DNA of 64,000 bases from Macrostomum hystrix (GCA_950097015.1 CATNEN010000002.1:6882001-6946000); one strand, 5' to 3'. Positions 1 through 13,200 are shown, counted from the stretch's first letter. The notes: generated by a model not told the origin, from the sequence alone. A program made the numbers and translations.

Positions 1-17
1 TTTGGTGATACGCTTGT

Positions 18-330
18 CTGGGCAGGGCGGGACTGAAGCCATTAATAGTCTGGGGTAGGGTTGGGGTTGAAGCCATTAATAGTCTGGGGTAGGGTTGGGG
101 TTGAAGCCATTAATAGTCTGGGGTAGGGTTGGGGTTGAAGCCATTAATAGTCTGGGGTAGGGTTGGGGTTGAAGCCCATTAATAGTCTGGAGCAGGGTTG
201 GGGTTGAAGCCCATTAATAGTCTGGGGCAAGGTGGGGTTGAAGCCCATTAATGATCTGGGGTAAAGGAGAGCGTTAAAGCCTATTAACGATCTAGGTTAA
301 AGGAGGGGGTTGAAACACTAACGATCTGGG
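18..330. repeat. Tandem repeat, ~37-38 bp G-rich unit (gaagccattaatagtctggggtagggttggggtt), decaying rightwards
   Basis: Unit seen directly in about 8 copies. Confidence 0.9.
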
Positions 331-519
331 GCAGGGAGGGTTTGGGGCCAATTAAAATTGATTAGTAGGGGGCCGAAGCCTATCAGTGTTCTGTGGCAGA
401 AAAAGGAATGACGATTTATTAAAGATAGGGCCTACATGCGGGCAAACTGTGATTTCGAATGATCGAAAGCCAAAAATTAAAAGAGGCCAAAAATAATTAT
501 CATTTGCACCAAAGCTCAC

Positions 520-792
520 CGGTCGATGGTTGAAGCGTATAGTTCCGTCCCTTTCGATAGTCCAGTTCCCCTGATCCACCCAATCGGATGTGTTTAACAG
601 CCGGTCAAATACAACGCAATTCACGCATTCGGGGACGACACCAATGTTGAACGTGTCGGGCACTGAGTGCTCCTGCGTTTGAGCTTTCAGGGTGAAAAAG
701 TGCAGATTGTCCTGCAGGTTGCAGTTGCAGACAGCCGGTTCGGCACCCTCCACCGTTTGCCAAACTGCTGGCAGCAGCAGCAGCAGCGGCAT
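520..792 (-). CDS. Probable first coding exon of an unknown secreted protein (MPLLLLLPAVWQTVEG signal peptide). Unspliced ORF would run to 352
   Basis: Hydrophobic N-terminus followed by Cys-containing sequence (CNC, CVNC); phase-0 donor CCG|GTGAGC at 520/519; no recognisable family. Confidence 0.45.
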
Positions 793-807
793 CTGGTTGA
801 TCAGTAT

Positions 808-1430
808 CAAACAGGTAGGTTCAACTGTCTAACAGGTAGGTTTAATTTTCTAACAGGTGGTTTTGACAGTCTAACAGGTGGGCTACCGGTCTAACAGGCG
901 GGTTTATATCTAACAGGTGGATTTTCCCTATCTAACAGGTGGTTTGCGTGTCAATTACGTGGGTTTTTTTCTAACAGGTTGGCTACATGTTTACCATGGG
1001 AGTCGGTGGCAGAGCGTTTGCCTCTCGCACCATGGTCCCTGAGTTCGATTCCACGGCGAGGCCACATTTATTTGGGGCCTAGCCGCGGTGAGAAGGCTTG
1101 GGGGCTTGTCGTGCAATTTACGCCCTTGAGGGCCAACCTCCAAGGCACAGTGAAAGCGTACACTGCCTGACGATGAGAAAATCAGGGCAGATGTACACAC
1201 CTGTGTGAGCGTATGCCTGTGTACAGTATCTGTGCGCTCGTGTGCTCAGGAGTCAGCGAAATGGGCAGAATTGCCTCCTCGCTGGCTGCTGGTCTATTGT
1301 CACCAAATGATGTGCCATTGCCCGCAGCCCTCCTGCAATAATAATACTTATTTTTATTACATTTCTAACAGATGGATTCCCTATCTAACAGGTGGTTTGC
1401 CTGTCTAACAGGTGGGCTAAATGTCTAACT
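808..1430. repeat. Degenerate ~21 bp ctaacagg-containing tandem repeat interrupted by a SINE at 978-1350
   Basis: tctaacagg(t) recurs at 808-975 and again at 1365-1430. Confidence 0.8.
978..1350 (+). mobile_element. tRNA-derived SINE, family 1 (full length)
   Basis: Box A-like tggcagagcg, box B gagttcgattcc, body ...cactgcctgacgatgagaaa...gtcaccaaatgatgtgcc, (aat)n tail; five further copies in the window. Confidence 0.85.
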
Positions 1431-1884
1431 GGTAAGTTTCCTATTTAATTTAGTCGGTTCCTTGCCAAGCAAGGTAGGTACTCCTCATATAAGCTTCAAA
1501 TAGGCATAAGCTTAGCTTACCAACAACTTTCCCATCGCAATACGGTTGGCAGTACTTTTGCAAGTCGAATTCACTCAAGACTGCTCAGTGCACAGCTCAC
1601 CTGCGATAAATGATCTAATATTGCGCGCAACTTTATTTTCTAACGGCGCTTGCCAGCTCTCCCGCTCAACTGCCTAATAGCAATCCGCTCGTATCTTATC
1701 AGCGGTAAACTTTAGAGGCCACCCAAGCCTTCACAGTTTAACCTAACAGTAATTTTAAGTCTCGTTTCCATGGTGACTTTTTTTCAGCAGTCTGCGATTC
1801 AGTGTAAAAAACTGCATAGGCAACTTTGGAGTACTTTTACATTTGTTTTGTATACCACTCAGTTGATACTAGCCAGGTTTTTAT

Positions 1885-2262
1885 TGGGTGGATGTCATCA
1901 TGGATTTGGGTGGATGTCACCATGGATTTGGGTGGATGTCATCATGGATTTGGGTGGATGTCATCATGGATTTGGGTGGATGTCATCATGGATTTGGGTG
2001 GATGTCATCATGGATTGGGGTGGATGTCACCATGGATTTGGGTGGATGTCATCATGGATTTGGGTGGATGTCATCATGGATTTGGGTGGATGTCACCATG
2101 GATTTGGGTGGATGTCATCATGGATTGGGGTGGATGTCACCATGGATTTGGGTGGATGTCATCATGGATTTGGGTGGATGTCACCATGGATTTGGGTGGA
2201 TGTCATCATGGATTTGGGTGGATGTCATCATGGATTTGGGTGGATGTCACCATGGATTTGCC
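1885..2262. repeat. 22-bp tandem repeat (tggatgtcatcatggatttggg)
   Basis: Direct observation, about 17 units. Confidence 0.95.
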
Positions 2263-2781
2263 ACCATGTCGGTACTGAAGCAAATTTTGGACAATAAAAT
2301 GGAATCAGAACCTTGGAACATCAGTGGACTAATTTTAAAAGTAAAGTGCTGAAATAAATGTTTAAGTTAATAAAATAAATAAAACAAATTTATTTGTTAA
2401 AGTACGCTCGAGAAAATCACAGACAGCAACTAGCTCTGAGAAGGCAAGGTTGGTAGACAGTCAAGCGCTTGGACGGAAATCTATTGGTTGGAAAGGCACA
2501 TTGTCGGTGGGAGGATGGCTGGTTGTCACAATAGAATTATAAAAATAGAATATTAACTGTTTCATAAGAACACATGGTGCATATTTGCTTTGTGTGAGAA
2601 GCAAGTAAAGAAAACTAATAAAGAAATCATTTCTGTAACAATCTTGTAAAGCAACAAAAAAGCTTCGGAGTTGACTTTTTTCTGGGGAAAAGTAGGAATT
2701 TTGAGGCACACCTGATCGAAGCATTGACCAATGGTCATCTTGCAGCAATTATATCTATTTGCACTTTTATATGCTTTGGTG

Positions 2782-3186
2782 TTCATTACACTCTCTACCC
2801 AGGTCATTACACTCTCTACCCAGGTCATTACACTCTCTACCCAGTTCATTACACTCTCTACCCAGGTCATTACACTCTCTACCCAGGTCATTACACTCTC
2901 TACCCAGGTCATTACACTCTCTACCCAGTTCATTACACTCTCTACCCAGGTCATTACACTCTCTACCCAGGTCATTACACTCTCTACCCAGGTCATTACA
3001 CTCTCTACCCAGTTCATTACACTCTCTACCCAGGTCATTACACTCTCTACCCAGTTCATTACACCCTCTACCCAGGTCATTACACTCTCTACCCAGGTCA
3101 TTACACTCTCTACCCAGTTCATTACACTCTCTACCCAGGTCATTACACTCTCTACCCAGGTCATTACACTCTCTACCCAGGTCATT
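2782..3186. repeat. 21-bp tandem repeat (cattacactctctacccaggt)
   Basis: Direct observation, about 19 units. Confidence 0.95.
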
Positions 3187-3271
3187 GTTTTACATACCCC
3201 CAAAATCAACCCCTTTTGTTAGCGAACTTCATTGTGGGATTTAAAAAATCGGAGGTCTCTCTTCCACGCAG

Positions 3272-3982
3272 TCAGGCCTCCTCGCCCTTCTCCAGCGCCA
3301 CCATGACTTCCAGCAGGCCGGCGCAGAAGAGGTCGATCCCAGCGGCGAGGCCCAGCCGCACAGGCATCTCCGGGTAGGACAGGCCGAACTTCACAAGCCA
3401 GTGGAAGGCGCGCTCGGCAGACTCGAAGCTCGATTCGCTGAGCCCATCGCGCAATGTCGGCAGTTTCAAGTCGGAGAAGCCGAAGCCCCCCGACATCAGC
3501 AGACGGAGGAAGCCGACGAGAGTACTGAAGCCGGTCTGCAGATCGGTCAGAACCTGGCAATCAAGATTTTCGATACATATCGGCTGACCTTAAAAGTCTC
3601 AAAATTCATACGGATTCATGGAACTATGGCCTCGGCCTAGCCTTATAACTTCATTTCTGCTTCAGCATTCTGTGTCAATTGGACTTCATTTTCTAAGAAA
3701 TAGTAGGAGGTCACGGGTTCGAACCTGGGGATGAAATCTATTAACACCGCAAGCCCTCAACAGGCTGTCCAGGGCGTCAGTCTTCAAGCAGCCGCAGGCC
3801 TCCAGCTCTTCGGCTGTCCAGCTGCCATCGGGTCGCTGGCGTTTGACTAGCTCCGGCTCGGCGGAAGCAGCCGAGACTGCGGGCGTCAGGATTGGACGAA
3901 GGGCCCGGTGCAGGCGGTCTCGGGTCAGGTAGACGCTGGCAGCTGGCGGCTCATTTTCAACCAATTTCAACGCTGAATACAT
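3272..3982 (-). CDS. Two-exon gene (3982-3725, 3535-3272; ~173 aa) resembling the C-terminal domain of PARP4 (vault PARP, MVP-interacting region) / VWA5A
   Basis: Phase-0 intron CAG|GTTCGA...CTGCAG|ACC joins the two ORFs in frame; motifs LVKRQRPDGSW, AERAFHWL and YPEMPVRLGL recall the PARP4 C-terminal LQTEDGFW, QASEWV and YPSICPRLEL motifs (by-eye recall). Confidence 0.6.
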
Positions 3983-5169
3983 GCCGTAGACTGCTTTACT
4001 GGGCCGGTTAGCTGCTGCGGGGCTGAGTTTTGTGAAGTATTTTATGATTGTCGACTAGTTTAAAGTTATTTTTAGTCTTAAAACCGGAATCCGATATATA
4101 CTTTTCTATACATATCGGATTACATACTTTTTTCGATTAATGTGGAGTCTGCAATACTATCTAATTCTATTCCATATCAGGCAATTTTAATAAAAAATGT
4201 AAAATATTTTTTTGAGTATAATGCTATGTTCGCTACAAACCAGTGCATAATACGATTTTCGACACATATCGGTACACAATTTCCCAAAAATGGTCACTAA
4301 TGCATTAATGAATCTAAAGAAGTCCCACCGAAGTCTTGAAAACTTGAATTTATTAATTCATTATCCGTACTTGGTACTTTTTGCCCTCTAAAAACATAAG
4401 ACTGCTTCAAAATAGTAATAAAAATCATTTTCTTTAAAAAAACAAAGTCAAAGTCACAACTGACGCAAATTTTTACTAGACGAACAAAAGCGTTCAGCTG
4501 GGAAACATAAAAACTATGCATATAGCATGTAGAATTTCACTTATCGACTGCTAAGCACGACAGAACAACGCGATTTTATTGACCATGCTGAGAAAATGAA
4601 CGAGAGAACACAAACGAATTCCTAGAAAGCAGTAGTTAAATATAGAAACACAGCATATTTGGTTATAGAAATGAATAAAATTTATTATAAATACTAGCAG
4701 TTATAGAAAAAAATAGAAATAGAAAATGATTTGATTAGATCAGTTATATTGCTTGCTTTTTGTGCCGAGACAGTGCAACATACAAGTTGCATGGACTTCT
4801 ATGTATAACATTCTTCTACCTTTGGAAGTCCGCGGCTTAACAAACGAGATGTACTCGTAAAAACGTTTAGACTAAACCGTTTAATAAATTTATTAATCGT
4901 AATTTATTATTAATAGACAATAAACAGACTAGCAAAGGATAAAAATGGGCAAAAGGTAAAGCTTTATCATCTATATATTACTTATAGTAAACAGTGTACA
5001 ACAGTTTTGGGTGGATGTCACCCAAAAACGTTACGCAACGTTTTTTGTTGCGCAAAATATAAGGCGCCAAATAAGACAGTTTAATCCGAAATAACACTAA
5101 AATTATTCTTTTCTGCTACAACAAAAATAATATAAAAGCCCAGCTTCATGATCTGAAACTTAAAACTTC

Positions 5170-5600
5170 AGTATCGGAATCTAAAAACCCGAAATTCGGA
5201 ATTGAAGATCAAGAACCCGAAGCTTTAGTTTCGGAATCGAAAACCCGAAACTCGGAATTCAAGATAAAGAACCCGAAGCTTTAGTCTCGGAATCCCGAAA
5301 TTCGGAGTTCAAGATCAAGAACCCGAAGCTTTAGTTTCTGAATCCCGAAATTCGGAATTCAAGATCAAGAACCCGAAGCTTTAGTCGCGGAATCTAAAAA
5401 CCCGAAATTCGGAATTCAAGATCAAGAACCCGAAGTTTTAGTTTCTGAATCCCGAAATTCGGAATTCAAGATCAAGAACCCGAAGCTTTAGTCGCGGAAT
5501 CTAAAAACCCGAAATTCGGAATTCAAGATCAAGAACCCGAAGTTTTAGTTTCGGAATCTAAAACCTGAAAAACTAGAATTTAGGATCAAGAAACCGAAAT
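5170..5600. repeat. ~46-53 bp tandem repeat (cccgaaattcggaattcaagatcaagaacccgaagctttagt...)
   Basis: Direct observation. Confidence 0.9.
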
Positions 5601-6544
5601 TTCAACTTTTCGGAATAAAAAACTATCCGTTTGTTCAGGATCTGAATACCGAAGTTCCCGTTTTAAAATTAAAATTTAGGATCTTAAACATTAAAATTAG
5701 TGTTTCAGGAGCCTAAGAATGTTGAAATGCTAACAATAATTTTCCTTGGCAATAAAGATGAAGAAGATTTAGATAATCTAAATTAATGCAGAAGAATTAA
5801 TACAGTAGATATTATTGCATAAAGCAGATTGATTGCTAAATACGCACAATTTACTACTAATAAACGAAAGTAGTCATTAGCGGTACAGAAATATATAGAA
5901 ATAAACGATAAACAAGCAACAGCAGGACAGACAAATTGTCTGCAAAAGTTCAGAATCCGGCAGCGAAATCTTGTCTATATATTTTTCATAGCGAATAATG
6001 AGACCCTGCAAGCATTGAAGTTAATTGGAAATGTTGCACTCTCATAGCAGCGAAATAGAATGGCAAATAAAAAATCGACAAATAAAAAAACTCATTGCTT
6101 CACCAAAGAATGAAAATATATTAGGTTCGATTCATCGCCTAAATCCACTATCTCAAGGAATCAATAACGACATTCAGGGTAAGCTACTCGTTAGTAGTAT
6201 ATTGCAAAAATAATTGCTGATTTATTGCACTTTTTACAACAGAAAATATTAACTCATTGCACTGATAAACGTTAAATTTGTAATTTAAAATATTTATAAA
6301 TAGCAATAACAGGATTCTCTTTGATATAAATAATCCTTTTAAATCTAATCTTGACAAGCATAAATAAAGGCGACAAAAATTTAAGTGGTATCAAAACATC
6401 CTCTAATCAAGCAGTTTTGCTAAGCATGGACGACAATAAGCGACACATACTACTGCTACGTAAATATATGCTTATAACAGTAGTGAAAAAAGACTTTATC
6501 CCCTTTTTAGAATTAAGACAAATTGTTACCACTTTTTCGTTCTA

Positions 6545-7095
6545 ACTGTCATTTCTCTACCTCCCCTATCTTATCTATCCTGTGTCTCATCTCTCCACTG
6601 TCTCATCTCTCCACTGTCTCATCTCTCCACTGTCTTATCTCTCACCTGTCTTATCTCTCACCTGTCTTATCTCTCCACTGTCTTATCTCTCACCTGTCTT
6701 ATCTCTCCACTGTCTCATCTCTCCACTGTCTCATCTCTCACCTGTCTTATCTCTCCACTGTCTTATCTCTCACCTGTCGCATCTCTCCACTGTCTCATCT
6801 CTCACCTGTCTCATCTCTCCCTCATGTCTCATTTCTCCCTCATGTCTCATCTCTCACCTGTCTCATCTCTCCCTCATGTCTCATTTCTCCCTCATTTCTT
6901 ATCTCTCACCTGTCGCATCTCTCACCTGTCGCATCTCTCCACTGTCTCATCTCTCACCTGTCTCATCTCTCCCTCATGTCTCATTTCTCCCTCATGTCTC
7001 ATCTCTCACCTGTCTCATCTCTCCCTCATGTCTCATTTCTCCCTCATATCTCATCTCTCACCTGTCTCATCTCTCCCCCATGTCTCATCTCTCGC
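6545..7095. repeat. ~16-bp CT-rich tandem repeat (tgtctcatctctccac and variants) just 3' of the anoctamin gene
   Basis: Direct observation; a similar motif occurs in reverse orientation at 40290-40680. Confidence 0.9.
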
Positions 7096-7264
7096 GTATC
7101 CCATGAGTTTTCCCTGGACTTTAAGAGTCTGGCGTGGTACCAGAGCGCAACATCATCACCCCTCAGAGATGGTGACAGAAATGAGCTAATAATTTTCAAT
7201 AACAATTTACTGCTCGATTCGAGATTCACAAAGCAAAAAGCAGAAACAGTTGGTTCGATTCACA

Positions 7265-10200
7265 TCAGGCCCTGGCCGTGTCATTGTCTTCGCTGGCGCG
7301 CCCTTCGCCTTCACCAACGTCAACATTGGTGTGGGTCTTTAGCTGGCTGAACAGGGCCGCTTTGAACACTTCGCGCTCGCGTTTGATCTCGTCGCGAACC
7401 CGGCTGGGATAGTCCGGCACCACAGCGTCGATGACGCCCTTCAGGAACAGGACCAGGTGCTCAAACACCAACACGAATGCCATGCGGGCAGCCAGCACGT
7501 GCCAGAAGTCGGGCCTATAGTTATATGGTTGAGAGTCGTAGCGGAAGTCCCGATAGTAGCACACTGTCTCATTGCTGCCAGCTGGTCTGGACGACGGCTC
7601 GAAATCGTCGGTGTTAAACTTGGACAGGCGCCAGATGATGTAGTCTTTGTTTGAGTAGTTACCATTGGTGTGCTGATAGACCATCTTCGGTATCTGCTCG
7701 GAGGTGAAGCCGATGATGACAGCATTGGTGACAACGGACAGGGAGCTGATAGCGGTCAGGATCTGCAGCCAGATGCCGATGCTGCTGGCGCGACGCGCGA
7801 TCGGGCGCCTCAGCAGGGTCACCATCTTCCAGGCGTCTAGGCGCACCTCCTGCGAATTGGGAACACAGGTTGTTAATCCAGTGCGTTGACTGTAGCACCA
7901 TTAGGTCTGTTTGTATCAGATTGTAGGCTCAATAATACGGTTTCTTTAAATCGTTAAAATAAATCGTAAAACGCGTGTTACACTACTTATTGCAATGAGT
8001 ACCATGATAAGAACTAATAAAACACTGCTAAGGCTTACAAAGAAAAAAACTTGCAAGTTAAAAACAAAACAGACTTTTTTCTGGAAAAATCCAAGGAAAG
8101 CTAATTTATTTTTTCGAGCCTCAATTGTTTTTATATTACCAAATAAAAAAATCATTTTTAGAGCGAAAAAATTTGCCGCCCAATGTGGGGCTCGAACCCA
8201 CGACCCTGAGATTAAGAGTCTCATGCTCTACCGACTGAGCTAACCGGGCTGGTACTGGTCAGTAGCACATTGGGTGGATTTGTGCGGGATAAATTTCCTT
8301 TTGTTTTATTGAGGGCCATTTGTTTCATGCACTTCCCAATGGCCAAGCTGACCACTCAGCGAACGGCAAAGACAAAAGACTGAACACAACCGCCACTTCT
8401 TTTAATAAAAAGCATAGCGAGCTTAAAATTTGATTTAGCAAGCATTTTCAAACCGAGCTACTTAATGAGTAGCTGACCAAGGATATCGGCTCTTAAATTG
8501 ATTTTTTCGACAAAACTAAGTTGAGAAGGAAAACTAAACAGGTTGAGAAGTATTTAACATTTCTAGAGCTGCATTAGTAAGCGATCAATGCCATGGACAA
8601 TACAAGCGCTGAACCAACATATTTTTCAACTGCTTATTGTGCTTTATAGATAGTTTTTGCACTTGACCAAGTCCACACTGGGGATTGGCACACATATTCT
8701 CCCAAACCAATTCACTCATAGAACCTGCAGAGAACATTAAACTGCATGGGTTAGGGCTAGTCGCAAGTACTGCACTCTCAAAGCTTTGAACCAAACCCAA
8801 CCAATTGTCCAAAAATGGAATAACTACAACAAGAAGTCATTTTCAATTTATGGAAGTTCCTATCAGGTCAAAACCGAACTTTAGGAAATTCTTTAACCTT
8901 CTGAATTCCCGAATCATTGAAATTTCGAATTCCTAAAAAAATCTTAGAAATTCCCAAATCGTTGTATTTCCTAAAACGTTGAAACTCTTGAATCGTTAAA
9001 ATGACCAAATCGTTGGAGTTTCTAAATCGTTAAATTTCCTAAATCGTTAAAATTCTAAAATCGTTGAAACTCTTTAATCCACGAGACTCATAATTTATTA
9101 AAACTTCCAAATCGATAAACTTTTTTTTCTTTAGAATTTCAAGTCGTTGAAATTCGTAAATCGTTAAAATTCATAAATCGTTAAAATTCATAAATCGTTA
9201 AAATTCATAAATCGTTAAAAATCATAAATCTTTAAAATTCATAAATCGTTAAAATTCATAAACCGTTACAATTCATAAATCATTAAAATTCATAAATCGT
9301 TAATATTACTAAATCGCTAATATTCTGAACCCATCGTAAATTTTGGCACCACTGAAAGCAAATGCCAATCCCTGCTCACCAGAATGTTGTTGAGCAGTGC
9401 AAACAACGGGGCCAGCGGCATGGCTGCCACAAACAGGGTGACGAAGCCGAACTGAACCACCATCTCCAGGTATTCGTCGAACAGTTGCAGGTGGTCCACT
9501 GGCAGCAGGGCCGAGTCCCGCTCGCACTGCCGCAGGTCACGGCCGAGCTTCTTAGCAGCTTCCAGGATTTCATCATTCTCCTGCACTTCACGCTGGCTGC
9601 GGCCGAGATTGTGACGGTTGAACAGGCTCCTCATCAGGGGCACACCCACCTGGATAGGCGCAGGGCGAGAGTGGGCGGTGAGCAGTATACTCAAACTACT
9701 TAATAGAGTTAATGGCAAAGTGAGAAAGACCCGGGAGATCCTAAAATCTTTGTAGCCAAGGAATCTTTGTAGCCAAGGAATCTTTGTATCCAAGGAATCT
9801 TTGTATCCAAGGAATCTTTGCATCCAAGGAATCTTTGTAGCCAAGGAATCTTTGTAGCCAAGGAATCTTTGTATCCAAGGAATCTTTGCATCCAAGGAAT
9901 CTTTGTAGCCAAGGAACCTTTGTATCCAAGGAATCTTTGCATCCAAGGAATCTTTGTAGCCAACGAATCTTTGTAGCCAAGGAATCTTTGTATCCAAGGA
10001 ATCTTTGTATCCAAGGAATCTTTGCATCCAAGGAACCTTTGTATCCAAGGAATCTTTGTATCCAATGAATCTTTGCATCCAAGGAATCTTTGTAGCCAAG
10101 GAACCTTTGTATCCAAGGAATCTTTGTAGCCAAGGAATCTTTGTAGCCAAGGAATCTTTGTAGCCAAGGAATCTTTGTATCCAAGGAATCTTTGTAGCCA

Positions 10201-13200
10201 AGGAACCTTTGTAGCCAATCTTTGTATCCAAGGAATCTTTGTATCCAAGGAATCCTTGTATCCAAGGAATCTTTGTAGCCAAGGAACCTTTGTATCCAAG
10301 GAATCTTTGTAGCCAAGGAATCTTTGTAGCCAAGGAATCTTTGTATCCAAGGAATCTTTGTAGCCAAGGAATCTTTGTAGCCAAGGAACCTTTGTATCCA
10401 ATGAATCTTTTTAGCCAAGGAATCTTTGTATCCAAGGAATCTTTGTAGCCAAGGAATCTTTGTAGCCAAGGAATCTTTGTATCCAAGGAATCTTTGTATC
10501 CAAGGAATCTTTGTATCCAAGGAATCTTTGTATCCAAGGAATCTTTGCATCCAAGGAATCTTTGTAGCCAAGGAATCTTTGTAGCCAATGAATCTTTGTA
10601 GCCAAGGAATCTTTGCATCCAAGGAATCTTTGTAGCCAAGGAATCTTTGTAGCCAAGGAATCTTTGTAGCCAAGGAATCTTTGTAGCCAAGGAATCTTTG
10701 CATCCAAGGAATCTTTGTATCCAAGGAATCTTTGTATCCAAGGAATCTTTGTATCCAAGGAATCTTTGCATCCAAGGAATCTTTGCATCCAAGGAATCTT
10801 TGTATCCAAGGAATCTTTGTATCCAAGGAATCTTTGTATCCAAGGAATCTTTGCATCCAAGGAATCTTTGTAGCCAAGGAATCTTTGTAGCCAATGAATC
10901 TTTGTAGCCAAGGAATCTTTGTAGCCAAGGAATCTTTGTAGCCAAGGAATCTTTGTAGCCAAGGAATCTTTGTATCCAAGGAATCTTTGTAGCCAAGGAA
11001 TCTTTGTAGCCAAGGAATCTTTGTAGCCAAGGAATCTTTGTAGCCAAGGAATCTTTGTAGCCAAGGAATCTTTGTAGCCAAGGAATCTTTGTAGCCAAGG
11101 AATCTTTGTAGCCAAGGAATTCCTGCAGCCAATGAAGCTGGTGCATTGCAATATGCAGTCAAGAGCACAGCCGCAGCTATTGCGCGGCGCAATTCAAAGC
11201 TGCGTACGGCTGTTCAGTCCATGGACTGAGAGGGGGGACGCCACACCCACCCTCAATTACCCCAAGCTGAAGCAAAGAAGATTTAACTGTCCTGCTACAG
11301 GACACAAATTGTTCCAGTGGAGTTGGGAATGGAACCCCCGACCTTCAAGTCTTGAGTCCGGTTCTCAAACCGCTATAGCCTAACCGCTACGCCCTGTAGC
11401 CTAACACTGTTCTGCTGTGCGTTGTAGGCCAGCTATTTATCCCAGAAACACGCATAGCATAAAATGATCCCATATTCAACAACATATGGGAGCGGAAATT
11501 GGGACACTGCTCGAACCGACGAGAGGCTTGCACTTATAATTTTGTTGAATTTAAATTAGAATGCAAACTGGAGCGATAACAGCCAGGCTAAGGGCCGTGA
11601 TAATTCTTTGTTGTCTGTCTGGATGCTCTGTTTGACTGTCTGGATGCAAAGATTAACAAATGAGCTTGCTTTTCATTTCACGTATTCAGGCTGAAATCCC
11701 ACATCTCTACCCCACATTTCAAATCCTCAAGCGTCCTTATTCTACATTGCTCTCACAAGGATGTTGTAGCCTCGTGGTTAAAGCGTCGGACTCACGACTT
11801 AAAGGTCGGGGGTTCGATTCCTGACTCCACTGGAACAATTTGTGTCCTTTAGCAAGACACTTAACTCTGCATTGCTTCAGTTCACCCAGCTGTTAAATGG
11901 GTACCAGCATCAGCTGGGATAATTGAGGGTGTGTGTGGCGTCCCCCCAGTCCATGGACTGAAAAGCTGAATGCAGCCTTCAAATGCGTCGTGCAATGGCT
12001 GCGGCTGTGCTGTCGGCTGCACATCTTTATTATTATTAAAGGCTTGGGAGCTTGTCGTGCAATTTACGCCCTCGAGGGCCAACCTCCAAGTCGCAGTGAA
12101 GTGTACACTGCCTGACGATGAGAAAGTCAGGGCAGGTGTACACACCTGTGTGACCATGTGCCTGTGTACGGTAATTTTGCGCGTGTGTGCTCAGGAGTCA
12201 GCGAAATGGGCAGAATCGCCTCCTTGCTGACTGCGGGTCTAGTGTCACCAAATGATGTGCCATTGCCCGCAGCCCTCCTGTAATAATTATTACTATATAT
12301 TATTATATATTATTATTATTATACTGCACTGAACAGCTGCTTAAATTCCTCTATCCAACAACTCAAATTTTCAAATCTCCGTTTCCCATATTTTACATCT
12401 CAAATCCTTAAATCCGCCACTCAAAATTTCAAAAGTCGAACACCAATCCTGGATCCCAATTTTCATAGTTCTCAAGTACAGGTGAGGCTCACCTCAACCA
12501 GACAGTTGATGACCTGCTTGGCCACAAAGATGATGAGCATCTGGATGACGAGCTCCACCAGGCAGCCAGCCGGGTCGCACTCCTCGATGCGCATGCTGTC
12601 GCCGATGCGGCTGTAGGCACCAGGCCTGCCGTGGAAATAGCCTTTGAAGAAGGCGATGTAGAACACCGAGGAGTAATAGTTGACAAACTGGAAGCAGTAC
12701 ACCTTGAAGGTGAACGAGTCCTCATAGGCGGCCTCTGTCTTGGGCTGCTCCAGGTCGGTCAGGACTACGGCTAGTCGGCGATACACCTGGTTGAGCAGCA
12801 CGATGCAAACGAAGTTGATCATCGCTGCGCTGGTGGACGTGATGAGGCGGGCCTGGCTGGAAGTGCCGACACCAAGCGAGTGCAGCACCTGCGGGATTGG
12901 AGCCAGGTGGTACTTGGTGAGGTCTGGAATATTTGGCGCACTTTTATTGGTTTGTTAATTCAATTTATGCACGAATGGGACACTCGGTCATAAAATAATA
13001 ACCGGAAGAGAGATCCGGCTCAGAATAGTTGACAGGGACCTTAAAGAATTTTTCCGACATACTTGTAGTTTAGCCGGCCGAAAAATATTAATAACAAGCA
13101 ACAGGGCGACACTTTGAATGATAGAATTGTCTAAGATTAAACAACTAATTAGTAGTATTAGTAACAATTAGAGCACACGGCCCAGATAGGAAGCGAGGCT

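Noticed and set aside
1-330. G-rich repeat as telomere
   Set aside because: Unit is 37-38 bp and not a TTAGGG-type repeat; no evidence of a chromosome end
1770-3244. Long ORFs with GGCHHGFGW, VESVMTW or HYTLYPG repeats
   Set aside because: They are translations of 22- and 21-bp satellites, open in several frames and on both strands
9709-11192. 609/483/246-aa [10 protein letters not shown] ORFs
   Set aside because: 17-bp satellite inside an anoctamin intron; only 9649-9380 is a real exon
11758-11835. Additional tRNA genes at SINE heads (also ~980, 18000, 49300)
   Set aside because: Box A/B present but the cloverleaf is not maintained and the heads continue into shared SINE bodies
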